DNA of 18,999 bases from Octopus sinensis (taxonomy: Eukaryota): positions 1 to 18,999 of the forward strand of contig NW_021824378.1 in NCBI RefSeq assembly GCF_006345805.1, read 5' to 3'. Under the pieces are notes generated by a model. That model did no database searches. It saw only the letters and a list, made by a program, of their open reading frames with translations, and was not told the origin of the DNA. Both the position numbers and the translations under genes were made by a program. Of this stretch, positions 9,851-18,834 are shown one piece after another (position 1 is the first letter of the stretch; every line of letters begins with the position of its first letter).

Positions 9851-10205
9851 ATGCTTATTTATTTGAATTGTATTTTCTAAGAAAGTGACCTCGTTGAATT
9901 TCTTAGAAATGTAACCTGACAACAACAAGTCACGTGCTGCGGGTCAACAAACATCCTGGTACATACCCAAGCACAACAGTAAAAATCAAAACTAGAACTG
10001 CAACAGTGCAATAACAATAACAAGAACAACTACAACAAAAGCACTTCTCGGAATTGGCGCCGACACTAAATATAAACTGTGAACTAGTGCAGGTTTTTTG
10101 ACATGCCAACGGTGGCTCTCTATGTTGCCACTGGACATGCTAGAAATAGCAGCCACAATCGTCTTTAAATTGATATCCTAGTATTGTAATCTTATCCACA
10201 AAGTA

Positions 10206-10697
10206 TACACCTTGTTGCGGTGTGGCTGCTTGTGTGTCTCAGTGACCCAGAGTGGTATGCCAGCGATGTGCAAGCCCCTAATAGAGCATCCCATGCTGGA
10301 CAGGTGAAAGGACAGTAGCCAGGTTATTATGCATCACCTCTTCGCAGAGGTAGAAATGGGTTTGCAGTGGGGGAGGGTAATACCCCTACGTGGGAAGAAA
10401 ACAAAGTTACTGAAGCGACGAGGATAATTTTACTACTAGCGTAGAGTGTGTGCCACCCGGGCGGCCCTTCAGTTTGCCACCCCCGAACTCCCACAAAAAA
10501 TGCAAAAAAAAAAGCAGACCCCAAAGTAGTACCGCCCCCATAAAAGTGCCATCCAGTACGGACCGCCACACCACCCTATCCAGCTACGTTAGTGACAAGA
10601 CCTGGGAGTAGAAACACAGTCCAGAGTCGAGAAGAGTGAAGAACAGTCGCATGGCCTACGCTCCGCAAGGAGTAAAGGGCTTAAATAAGTAAGTAAG
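10206..10697 (+). mobile_element. Bipartite non-autonomous RTE derivative (RTE 5'UTR 10206-10433 + RTE 3' end 10595-10697 with (TAAG)n tail)
   Basis: 5' part CACCTTGTTGCGGTG...GCTTGTGTGTCTCAGTGACCC...TATGCCAGCG...CCCATGCTGGACAGGT resembles RTE/Rex3/Expander 5'UTRs as I recall them. 3' part encodes KTWE..VQSREE*RTV..GLRSARSKGL (frameshifted), then AATAAGTAAGTAAG. Confidence 0.7.
10434..10594. mobile_element. GC-rich short MITE (hAT/Harbinger-like termini) nested in the RTE derivative
   Basis: Termini TACTAGCGTAG / CTACGTTAGTG are imperfect inverted repeats, with internal GCCACCC(GGGCGG) motifs. No TSD seen. Confidence 0.55.
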
Positions 10698-11039
10698 GTA
10701 AGGGCAAAGAAAATCCTTTTCAGTCATGAATGACCATGGGATTGCACCTAGAAAGTTCCCCTCCGGGGCACAAGTTCGGGCAATGCTGGTTATAGAAGAC
10801 CAGCAGTCGCCGAAGCATACCAGTCACCCCTCACCACCATTCCACCAGTGTTATCCAAGGGAGAGGTAAAGGCTGATACAGCTTGGCACCAGTGACGTCA
10901 TAACTCGTTTCTACGGCTGAGTGAAATGGAGCAACGTGAAATAAAGTGTCTTGCTCAAGAACACAACACACAGCCCAGTTCGGGAATCGAACTCACTACC
11001 TCATGATTGTGATCCCGACTCTCTAACCACTGGGCCATG
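10698..11039 (-). mobile_element. SINE family C (tRNA head + CORE-like domain + RTE-like tail)
   Basis: Minus strand: TGGCCCAGTGG (A-box)...GAGTTCGATTCC (B-box), GTGTTGTGTTCTTGAGCAAGACACTTTA (CORE-like), tail CTAGGTGCAATCCCATGGTCATTCATGACTGAA followed by CTTAC repeats. Confidence 0.85.
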
Positions 11040-11548
11040 TTAGTTAGTTAGTTAGTTAGTTAATTTGGCTCAAAAGCAAATAGCAAGGCCATGTAGGGGG
11101 ACATGGAGTTAAGTACAGGGTGGTGTTCATGTAAAGAGTTCAGGCCACTTGAGGTCAAGGGAGACTTTGAACAAAGCGGTCGTCGGCATCTTCACCATCT
11201 CGTCTGGCAGCTTGTTCCACGGATCCGCAACCCGGACGGAGAAAGCTCCTCTCCTTCCATTGAGATGAAATCGTCGCAGGTAGAGCTTTTTGGAATGACC
11301 CCGCAGCCGACGCTCTGGAGCAGGAGTGAAAAACAGCTCTTTCGAGAGGTTACACTTTCCGCTTATGATGTTGTGAGCGAGAATGAGATCACCACGGCGG
11401 CGGCGGCGTTTTTCTAGAGAATAAAGGTCGAGCGTCCTCAGCCTTTCTTCATAAGACAAATCTTTGAGACCATGAACCATGCGGGTAGCCAGCTTCTGGA
11501 CTCTTTCGAGATGCTGTATGTCTTTGAGGAGATAAGGAGAAGAGGCTT
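11040..11548 (-). mobile_element. 5'-truncated CR1-group LINE (ORF2 C-terminus, short 3'UTR, (TAAC)n tail)
   Basis: Open frame 11547-11127 reads ASSPYLLKDIQHLERVQKLATRMVHGLKDLSYEERLRTLDLYSLEKRRRRRGDLI...RGHSKKL...FSVRVADPWNKLP, the typical CR1-group ORF2 C-terminus. (TTAG)n at 11040-11062 on + is the 3' tail. Confidence 0.93.
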
Positions 11549-11935
11549 ATCTTGACATAGTTAAATAAGAGAGTAAATACGAATGTAACCTGAGCAACCA
11601 TGTCATTCCTTGCTGTCGTGGCACAAGAAGCTCCAACCGGTATATTTCGGACAACTCCAGTTCAAGTACATTTTCTTGTCTTAGGGTTCTTTTTCTGTCT
11701 ATGCCGTCAAACTCTATGGGGTCCTTATCATTGCAAGGCGATGAGGTACTGGTACTACTGGAAGCAAGTCTGCTGTCTCTTAGTGATTAACTGGTAACAC
11801 CAAACATGAGGTGAGCTTTTTACTACAATCCTCACGGCTGGGACTGGAGTGTTTTGTAGAAACAGCAGCGTATGTGCCCTTCCGTTGTTGTTACTGACTC
11901 TGCTGCCTCTCGCCTCAATCTCTTTCTCTTCCTTT

Positions 11936-11966
11936 ATGTCTGTCTGTCTGTATGTCTCTCTGTCTG

Positions 11967-12008
<42 letters not shown>

Positions 12009-12010
12009 TC
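11936..12010. repeat. (TGTC)n/(TC)n microsatellite
   Basis: Seen directly. Confidence 0.95.
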
Positions 12011-12048
12011 TTATTTTTTATTTCTCATTTAATATTTTTGTTCATATT

Positions 12049-12266
12049 GAAGGCAACGAGCTGGTAAAATCGTTAACACGCCATGCAAAATGCTTAGCGA
12101 CATTTCGTCCGTCTTTAAGTTCTGAGTTGACATTCCGCTGAGGTCGGCTTTGCCTTTCAGTCTTTTGGGGGCGATAAAATAAGAACTAGTTGAGCACTGA
12201 GGTCGATGCATCTGACTGTTCCCTTCTCCCGAAATTACTGCCTTTGTACGAAAATTTGAAGCCAAT
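12049..12266 (+). mobile_element. SINE family B, full length, diverged
   Basis: AAGGCAACGAGCTGGTAAAATCGTTAACACG...TTCTGAGTTGACATTCCGCTGAGGTCGGCTTTGCCTTTCAG...GAAATTACTGCCTTTGTACGAAAATTTGAAGCC. Confidence 0.85.
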
Positions 12267-12292
12267 AGTTGTATTCCTACCATAAGTGCTAT

Positions 12293-12456
12293 GAGGCTGT
12301 GTGGTAAACTGATCATGATACTGCACTTACGACCATGAAATCGTAGTCTTAAAATTGGGACCGGGTTCTGCGTTGTGTTCTTGAACAAAACACTTCCTTT
12401 CACATTGCTCTGTGATCACTTCGACATATGACCTGTGGCACACTGAGAACTTGTAC
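12293..12456 (+). mobile_element. Degenerate SINE family C-like copy
   Basis: GCGTTGTGTTCTTGAACAAAACACTTCCTTTCACATTGCTC matches the CORE-like segment of the element at 10698-11039. Confidence 0.55.
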
Positions 12457-12499
12457 AAAATTATACACAAATATGATCGATATTTTCTGTTCTCCTTAG

Positions 12500-12870
12500 T
12501 TTTAACTGTGAAGGAGAGACGAAAAACGAAAGAAATTTAGTGATAAAAGGAAGGTAAGTCACTTAAGTATTTAGGTTTTTATTCCAGGAGTTTTTGAAGG
12601 ATCTTGTGTTTTTTATCCTTATTTTATCCCTTAGTGCTTATTCACCTTGTTTGATAGTTATACATGTATTAATTCTCCTCTTACTAAATGGTTCTTTAGC
12701 TGTAGTCAATTCTCAGACCACGTGAGTTTGGTGGCTCATCTCTGTTTTTATCTCGTTTATTCTCTTCCATCTCTTCCCAATTTGTCCTGGATTTTCATGT
12801 AGTGTTCGACAAAGAACTATGTCCGAAATGTTATATTTTTACTCTATAACATTTATTTTCTCCATTGAGC
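12500..12870 (+). mobile_element. Penelope-like 3' end with hammerhead-like motif at 12801-12837
   Basis: RRKTKEI-like codons near 12517 (resemble a GIY-YIG C-terminus; weak), then a pyrimidine-rich UTR, then AGTGT-TCGACAA-A-GAAC tat GTCC-GAAA-TG-TT-ATATT. Confidence 0.45.
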
Positions 12871-12959
12871 ATCAGTCTAATAATATTAACTGTGAATGTC
12901 CCTTGCTCTTTCTTGGTCGTATGTCTGATGTTATTTACTTTGATTTATATATATATATC

Positions 12960-13170
12960 TATGACCTCGTGTGTACCATTGGCGATTTTTTTTCCTCTGT
13001 ATTCCCTCCTCTGGATCTTTCCTTCTCCTATGTTTCCGACGAAGAGCTCCACTCGAAACGTTAAACCCTCCTTCTTTCCTTCTTTCTTGAGCATCCAGTA
13101 ATACTATATTTGTTCCACGTCCTCGCGTTGTTGTGTTTTTTTTTGTGCTTTCTTGTTTGGATTAACTTTA
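12960..13170 (+). mobile_element. Short Penelope-like element between (TA)n tracts with hammerhead-like motif at 13032-13066
   Basis: GTTT-CCGACGA-A-GAG ctcca CTC-GAAA-CG-TT-AAAC. Downstream GAGCATCCAGTAATACTATATTTGTT parallels the 3703 copy. TA runs lie on both sides. Confidence 0.6.
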
Positions 13171-13174
13171 ACTA

Positions 13175-13207
<33 letters not shown>

Positions 13208-13422
13208 GAGTAAGATAGGGGTTAGGGGGTAACCCACTATGGGATATCATTTATCCAATATACTATTGGTAAAGTACCCAAATTCTTAATACATAAATGT
13301 TTTTAGTTGCAATAGAATTAATTCATTTGTTGTATTAAACGGATGAAGGTAAAGAAATATTTTTGCCGTAAATTTATAATACAAATAAGAAAATGGAGAA
13401 ACGAATTCAGTTTGTCCATCAA

Positions 13423-13425
<3 letters not shown>
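13208..13425. other. Unclassified ~220-bp segment embedded between (TA)n/(CA)n tracts
   Basis: Sharp borders with microsatellites at 13175-13207 and 13426-13460. No TIR, ORF or Pol III boxes recognised. Confidence 0.25.
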
Positions 13426-13462
<37 letters not shown>

Positions 13463-13560
13463 CTATAACATATAAATCAGGTAAATATAAATACGTACAC
13501 ATACACATATTTAAACATACATGCTTACATACACACAGACAATAGATAAACAGATAACAA

Positions 13561-13631
<71 letters not shown>

Positions 13632-13759
13632 TATGCATGTATGCATATATTTGAATATTTATTTATCTATACGTATACATACACGCTTACAGGCATGCAC
13701 GCACACATACATATCTATAAACGTATATATTCTTATATCTTTTCCTCTCTTCCTTTTCT

Positions 13760-13900
13760 TCCCATCATCTCCTAGACCTTCTAGGATCCGACAAAGGACC
13801 ATATCCGAAACGTTAGCGTCAACCTGATAATTTTAACCATGAACGACCTTTGGGCTTTTGTTGTTCGTTGTTTGTTATTTGTATTTGCTTTGCTTTAATA
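13760..13900 (+). mobile_element. Further Penelope-like terminus with hammerhead-like motif at 13784-13819
   Basis: GGAT-CCGACAA-A-GGA ccata TCC-GAAA-CG-TT-AGCG followed by a GT-rich tract, as in the other copies. Confidence 0.45.
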
Positions 13901-14029
13901 AAAACAGAGTTGTGTCGCTGGTTTAAGACTCGGACATTAAGGATGCTTCCCATGTGAGAGGGAGCTGCCATCTTAATCAGCGAACTAAAGTCGTCTTTGT
14001 TTATACTAATTAGAGTGAATGCAATGACA

Positions 14030-14383
14030 GCATCATCATCATCAACAGCAGCGGCAACAGCAGTAGTAATGGTGGTGGTGGTAGTGGTGACAGTAGTATT
14101 GGTAGTGGTGGTGGTGGTGGTGGTGGTGGTGGTGGCAGTAGTGGTGATAATGGTGGTGGTTGTGATAGTGGTGGTCGTGGTGGTAGTAGTGTTGGTAGTG
14201 CTAGTGGGGGGTAGTGATGGTGGTGGTGGTGGCAATAGTGTGGTAGTGGTGGTGGTTGTAGTAGTGTTGTTGGTGGTGGTAGTGGTTGATCTGGTAGTAG
14301 TAGTAGTAGTAGTAGTAGTAGTAACAGCAGCAACAGCAGCAGCAGTAGCAGCAGCAGCAGCAACGGCAGCAGCAGCAGCAGCT

Positions 14384-14429
<46 letters not shown>

Positions 14430-14590
14430 CAGCAGCAGCAACAGCAATAAGAACAATGAAGGAATAGTTTTGTGAATTTTGATACAACAAAGACACCAAT
14501 GTCTAAAACGACAATGAATAATCAAACAGCAAGAACAAGAACAAGAACAAAACAAGAAGAAGAACAACAACAACAGCAACAACAATAAAA
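14030..14590. repeat. Compound trinucleotide tract (CAT/CAG/GGT/TAG)n followed by (AAC/AAGAAC)n
   Basis: Seen directly. Confidence 0.93.
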
Positions 14591-14697
14591 ACCGTGAGCG
14601 GGAACATTTGGTCATAAAGTATTTGACAGAAAATCAATACACATCCTTTTGGCTGATTGTATCACTACCTGAAATACTATACATACTAGTGTATGAT

Positions 14698-15076
14698 ACT
14701 CTTTTATTCTTTTATTTGTTTCAGTCATTTGACTGTGGCCACGCTGGAGCAACGCGTTTGGTCGAACAAATCGACCCCAGGACTTATTCTTTGTGAGACT
14801 AGTACTTGTTCTATCGGGCTCTTTCGCCGAAACGCTAAGTTACCTGGACGTTAACACACCAGCATCGGTTGTCAAGCTATGGTGTTGGGACAACCATAGG
14901 CATACAAATGTACACACACACATACGACGGGCTTCTTTTCAGTTTCTGTCTACCAAATCCACTCACAAGGCTTTGGTCAGTCCGAAACTATAGTAGAAGA
15001 CACTTGCCCAAGGTGCCACGCAATAGGACTGAACCCGGTTGGTAAGCAAGCTACTTACCATGCAACCACTCCTGCG
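14698..15076 (-). mobile_element. SINE family A, near full length
   Basis: Tail through head: ...GAAGACACTTGCCCAAGGTGCCACGCAATAGGACTGAACCCGG...AAGCAAGCTACTTACCATGCAACCACTCCTGCG. Confidence 0.9.
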
Positions 15077-15113
15077 TGTATGTGTGTGTGTGTGTTTTTA
15101 TTATGTTTGTATA

Positions 15114-15152
<39 letters not shown>

Positions 15153-15187
15153 TCTCTATCTCTCCCCTCTCTCTCTCACACACACAA

Positions 15188-15241
<54 letters not shown>

Positions 15242-15251
15242 TCTTTTATTT

Positions 15252-15708
15252 GTGTTAAGCCACTCCTAAGATTTCTCATTAGTGCTACTGTTGCATGATC
15301 GGGTTGTCGGCAACTAAACCGGCACCTCAATTAAGCTTGCATCCCGGCTAGTCTTGAGCAGGGTTGAAAGTAACCCAACAGGACCTGTGAAAAGGACGGA
15401 TGAACTTAGTGTAGGTTCAACGATTATCTAGCAATAGCACAAGCCCTCAGATATTCCGAGGTGGTGTGTGACGTACTGTGAGACAACTAGGAGTGAGGCA
15501 CTGATATAAAGCCAGATATGCAAGAGAAAGGCATTGAACGTGTTGGGAGAATTTTCGCCTGCAATTGAGATCATGGAGCTCTCACATCTCTGAGCTTGCG
15601 CCCCATGTTGACACAAGTTATCTTGTCCCGCTTTGTCTCCAGATTATGTCATTTTGTATGGGCAACGGCCATTGAAGGTCTTCCTCGGTCACGAGTGGAC
15701 AGCCATCA
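15252..15708 (+). mobile_element. Second bipartite RTE(-BovB-like) derivative: 5'UTR-like part fused to decayed ORF2 3' end, between (TA)n tracts
   Basis: 3' half encodes DIKPDMQEKGIE / WENF / ACN*DH (frameshifted; D.IK.DM...GI...WE..A.NR..W motif) and ends GTCTTCCTCGGTCACGAGTGGACAGCCATCAT. The 5' half resembles an RTE 5'UTR as I recall it. Confidence 0.5.
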
Positions 15709-15722
15709 TATATATATATATA

Positions 15723-15850
15723 TATTTCTTTACTACCCACAAGGGGCTAAACATAGAGGGAACAAACAAGGACAGACAAAGGGATTAAGTCGATTACATC
15801 GACCCAGTGCGAAACTGGTACTTTATTTATCGACCCCGAGAGGATGAAAG
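15723..15850 (-). mobile_element. SINE family B 3' fragment (same tail type as the 6494-6910 dimer)
   Basis: TTTCTTTACTACCCACAAGGGGCTAAACATAGAGGG...GGATTAAGTCGATTACATCGACCC...CCCCGAGAGGATGAAAG. Confidence 0.9.
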
Positions 15851-16242
15851 TCCGATTGGGTTAAAACAACCTCTTGTAGTAAGTGTTAGGACAAAATTAG
15901 CTCAAATGGTAGGCTCAACTTTGAATCTAGGACTTAGGGTGATTGTTTTGAGACATACCACGTTTTTTTTTTTCCTTTTTCTTTTTTCGAAAAAGCATGC
16001 ATCTTGTAAACCGTCAAATCATTATATACGTTGGATTAAATCCTACTATAATATTGGTCTACTTCCTCCGAAGATAGTGATATTGGTTGACCTCTGTCTC
16101 AAAAGAAAGTCAGGAAAGACACGTAGATTAGACTTTTGGTACAGAATTACATAAGTTGCACTAGCTGGAAAATATCAGCGAAAATAGTACATTTATATTA
16201 TTTTGTAAGGCTAACGGTAAGGCCCGTGATCCCTTTCAGAAC

Positions 16243-16395
16243 CATGGCCATGTGGTAAAAATGTTCTCCCTGACCACAAGGTTTTGGGTTCATTCCCACT
16301 GCATGGCATCTTGGGCAAGGGCGTTCAAATATAGCCTTGGATTGACCAATTCTTTGTGAGCGGATTTGATAGAGAGAAACTGAAAGAAACTCGTC

Positions 16396-16426
<31 letters not shown>

Positions 16427-16727
16427 TGTATGTATGTATGTATGTATGTATGTATGTATGTATGAATGTATGTGTATGTGTGCGTATGTACATATGTATG
16501 TGTTTTTTGCCTGTGTTTGTCCCCCACCACTGCTTGATAAACCAGTGTTGGTTATCATAACGGTTCTTAAACTTAGCGGTTCGGCAGAGGAGACTGATAG
16601 AATAAGTACCAGGTTTAAAGATATGTGCCGGGGTCGATTTGCTCGACTAAAATTCTTCAAGGCGGTGCCCCAGCATGGCTGCAGTCATATGTCTGAAACA
16701 AGTAAAAGAATAAAATGAATAAAGAAT
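16243..16727 (+). mobile_element. SINE family A, full length, central (TATG)n
   Basis: TGGCCATGTGGTAA...GGGTTCATTCCC...GGCATCTTGGGCAAG...GAAACTGAAAGAAACTCGTC-(TATG)n-GTTTGTCCCCC...GGCGGTGCCCCAGCATGGCTGCAGTC...GAAACAAGTAAAAGAATAA. Confidence 0.9.
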
Positions 16728-16869
16728 CATGACTGATAATAGGCAGATAAGACTGAATTTATTCTCAGACTGGCGACCAGGAGCTAATTTGCCTAAGACA
16801 CACAAGAACTGTATGGTGGGTTTTAAAATGGGCGAGGGGTGAGTAGAATGCTGGAAAAGTCTCTTCGAT

Positions 16870-17020
16870 GGGCTCCTATGCGATCTCCATTCACATAATT
16901 TCTCTCACAGCCCTTTAGCTGACCCGATGCTATGATTGAAGACCCTTGCTCCAAGGACTGAAGTCGAATCCAGTACTACGCAGCTACAAAGTAAATTTCT
17001 TAGCAACACAAACGTGCCAA
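16870..17020 (-). mobile_element. Very old SINE family A-like head
   Basis: CTCACAGCCCTTTAGCTGACCCGATGCTATGATTGAAGACCCTTGCTCCAAGG...TTCTTAGCAACACA parallels the family A head. Confidence 0.5.
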
Positions 17021-17183
17021 AGTCTAAGTACTAATGATATTCCATATGAACTCAGGACTGTTAAGCAGATTCACCTTAACAATGACCCGAATGCAAAACA
17101 CTCCCGTTTTATGAGAAAGTTATGTATGAATATAGTTTCACTACGAGGAGTGTAACCTCTCTTGGACTTCGGATTGTTACACA

Positions 17184-17560
17184 ATGTCATATTTCAAAGG
17201 CTATTCTTTTGAAAAGGTTATGCTTTTGAAGCAGAAAAAGATAACTATAAAATACCTGCCAAGCAAAAGAGATAATGAACTACTTGAACCTTTAAAATGT
17301 GACCGAAAATGTCGATTATGTCAAATCTCTGTTGATGATATTACACACACGGTCGTCATTTGTTTCAAAATGTCAACCATGATATTACCTTCCTATGAAG
17401 CTTGGGTGTTCTAATTACCCTTGGAATAGAATAAAATAAAATAAAGCAAAATAAATTGCTGGCGTTGAGTACATTCATATAGCCGAACACAGTCAAAAAT
17501 GCTGCAACATCCGTATTAAGACTCCAGCGAATGTTTACAACAGGAACGAACCAATATGAC
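17184..17560 (+). pseudogene. Decayed RLE-type non-LTR retrotransposon fragment with CCHC zinc knuckle
   Basis: SYFKGY...KQKKITIKYL..KRD...KCDRKCRLCQISVDDITHTVVICFKMS contains C-x2-C-x8-H-x4-C. Downstream VEYIH...CCNIRIKT...NRNEP resembles the segment leading into the RLE (K/R)PD motif. Confidence 0.75.
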
Positions 17561-17858
17561 AGGAATATTTATTGCAGCCAAATCTCTTTGAAACCTCAAA
17601 AATCACGCTGATGTCACAAGTCATTTGTTAAGATGGTAAACTGGTCGCGGTATAGAGCGTTTGATAGATTGCTTTGCAAAATTCTTCCGGTTCTCTGCGC
17701 TTTGAGTGTAAGCATTCCGAACCCAACTCTGCCCCCACGTCCGTTTTCATGTCTTTAAATAAAATAATTGTTGTGTGTTGAGGCCGCTTCTTCTTTATTT
17801 CTTTCCATTTGCATATTTTTCTTTCTGGAAGCAACCAAGACACGAAACTGGATGAAAT

Positions 17859-18163
17859 AGGCGCGGTCGTGGCTGAGCGGTAAGAAGATTGCATCCCAAT
17901 CACATGGTTCAGTCCCACTGCGAGGCACCTTGTGCAAGAGTCTTCTACTATAAGTATCGGGTCGACAAAAACCTTGAGTGGATTTGGTAGACGGAAATTG
18001 AAAACCCGTCGTATGTATATATATATATATATATCATATATATATATATATATATCACTCACGTGACGACCAGACATCAGATGTGGTTACACATTGTGGT
18101 CACAATGCGTTCGCAATGGTTTAGCCTTCGAATGACGCCACCCGCTGGCTAAGCGAGCAGGCC
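17859..18163 (+). mobile_element. SINE family A head with an alternative 3' tail
   Basis: Head AGGCGCGGTCGTGGCTGAGCGGTAAG...GGTTCAGTCCCACTGCGAGGCACCTTGTGCAAG, then (TA)n, then the unrelated tail CACGTGACGACCAGACATCAG...GCCACCCGCTGGCTAAGCGAGCAGGC. Confidence 0.8.
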
Positions 18164-18168
18164 TATAT

Positions 18169-18216
<48 letters not shown>

Positions 18217-18239
18217 ATATATAAATATAAATACACACA

Positions 18240-18322
18240 CGAACACCGCTTGACAACCAGTCTAAGTGAGTTTCGGCCACGTAATTAAAGGTTCAGTGAA
18301 AGTGACCTATAGAATAAGCACC
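18240..18322 (+). mobile_element. SINE family A 3' fragment, degenerate
   Basis: CACCGCTTGACAACCAG...GACCTATAGAATAAGCACCA. Confidence 0.6.
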
Positions 18323-18323
18323 A

Positions 18324-18585
18324 ATCATTTTGACCACGGCCATGCTGGAACACTGCCTTTAGTCAAACAAATCTACCCCAGGACTTATTCTTTGTAAGCC
18401 TAGTACTTATTCGATCAGTCTCTTTTGTCGAAAATCGGTGTCAACCGATGGGGTGGGGGACAAACATGACCACACAAATACATATATGTATATACATAAA
18501 TATATATTAATATATATATATATATATTATATATATCATATATACGGACACTGAAAAGAAACCCCCCTCGTATCTATCTATATAT

Positions 18586-18619
<34 letters not shown>

Positions 18620-18803
18620 GATGTATATAGGGAGAATTCATGAAAAAAATAAAAGAAGACAGTGGTGCAGGAAAACAAACAGATGTATTAGTATAACGCT
18701 CGGGAATTGAAAAAGTCTTTTACGTTTCAGGAACACAGAAAGAAAAGGAGAGAAAAAAAATGTGGGTAGTGGCTACAGATCTATCATGGAGACTATTATA
18801 TAT

Positions 18804-18834
<31 letters not shown>

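Noticed and set aside
9171-9928. Overlapping YVCM/HTYI ORFs (also at 3698-4087, 7468-7959, 13521-13775, 15039-15330, 16198-16718)
   Set aside because: Artefacts of stop-free (TATG)n and (TA)n repeats.
10960-11039. tRNA gene (A and B boxes)
   Set aside because: No complete cloverleaf or acceptor stem evident; it continues into a CORE-like SINE body, so it is a SINE head.
13819-14615. Thr/Ala-rich (mucin-like), poly-Val and poly-Leu ORFs
   Set aside because: Compound trinucleotide microsatellite open in several frames on both strands, with no supported splice context.
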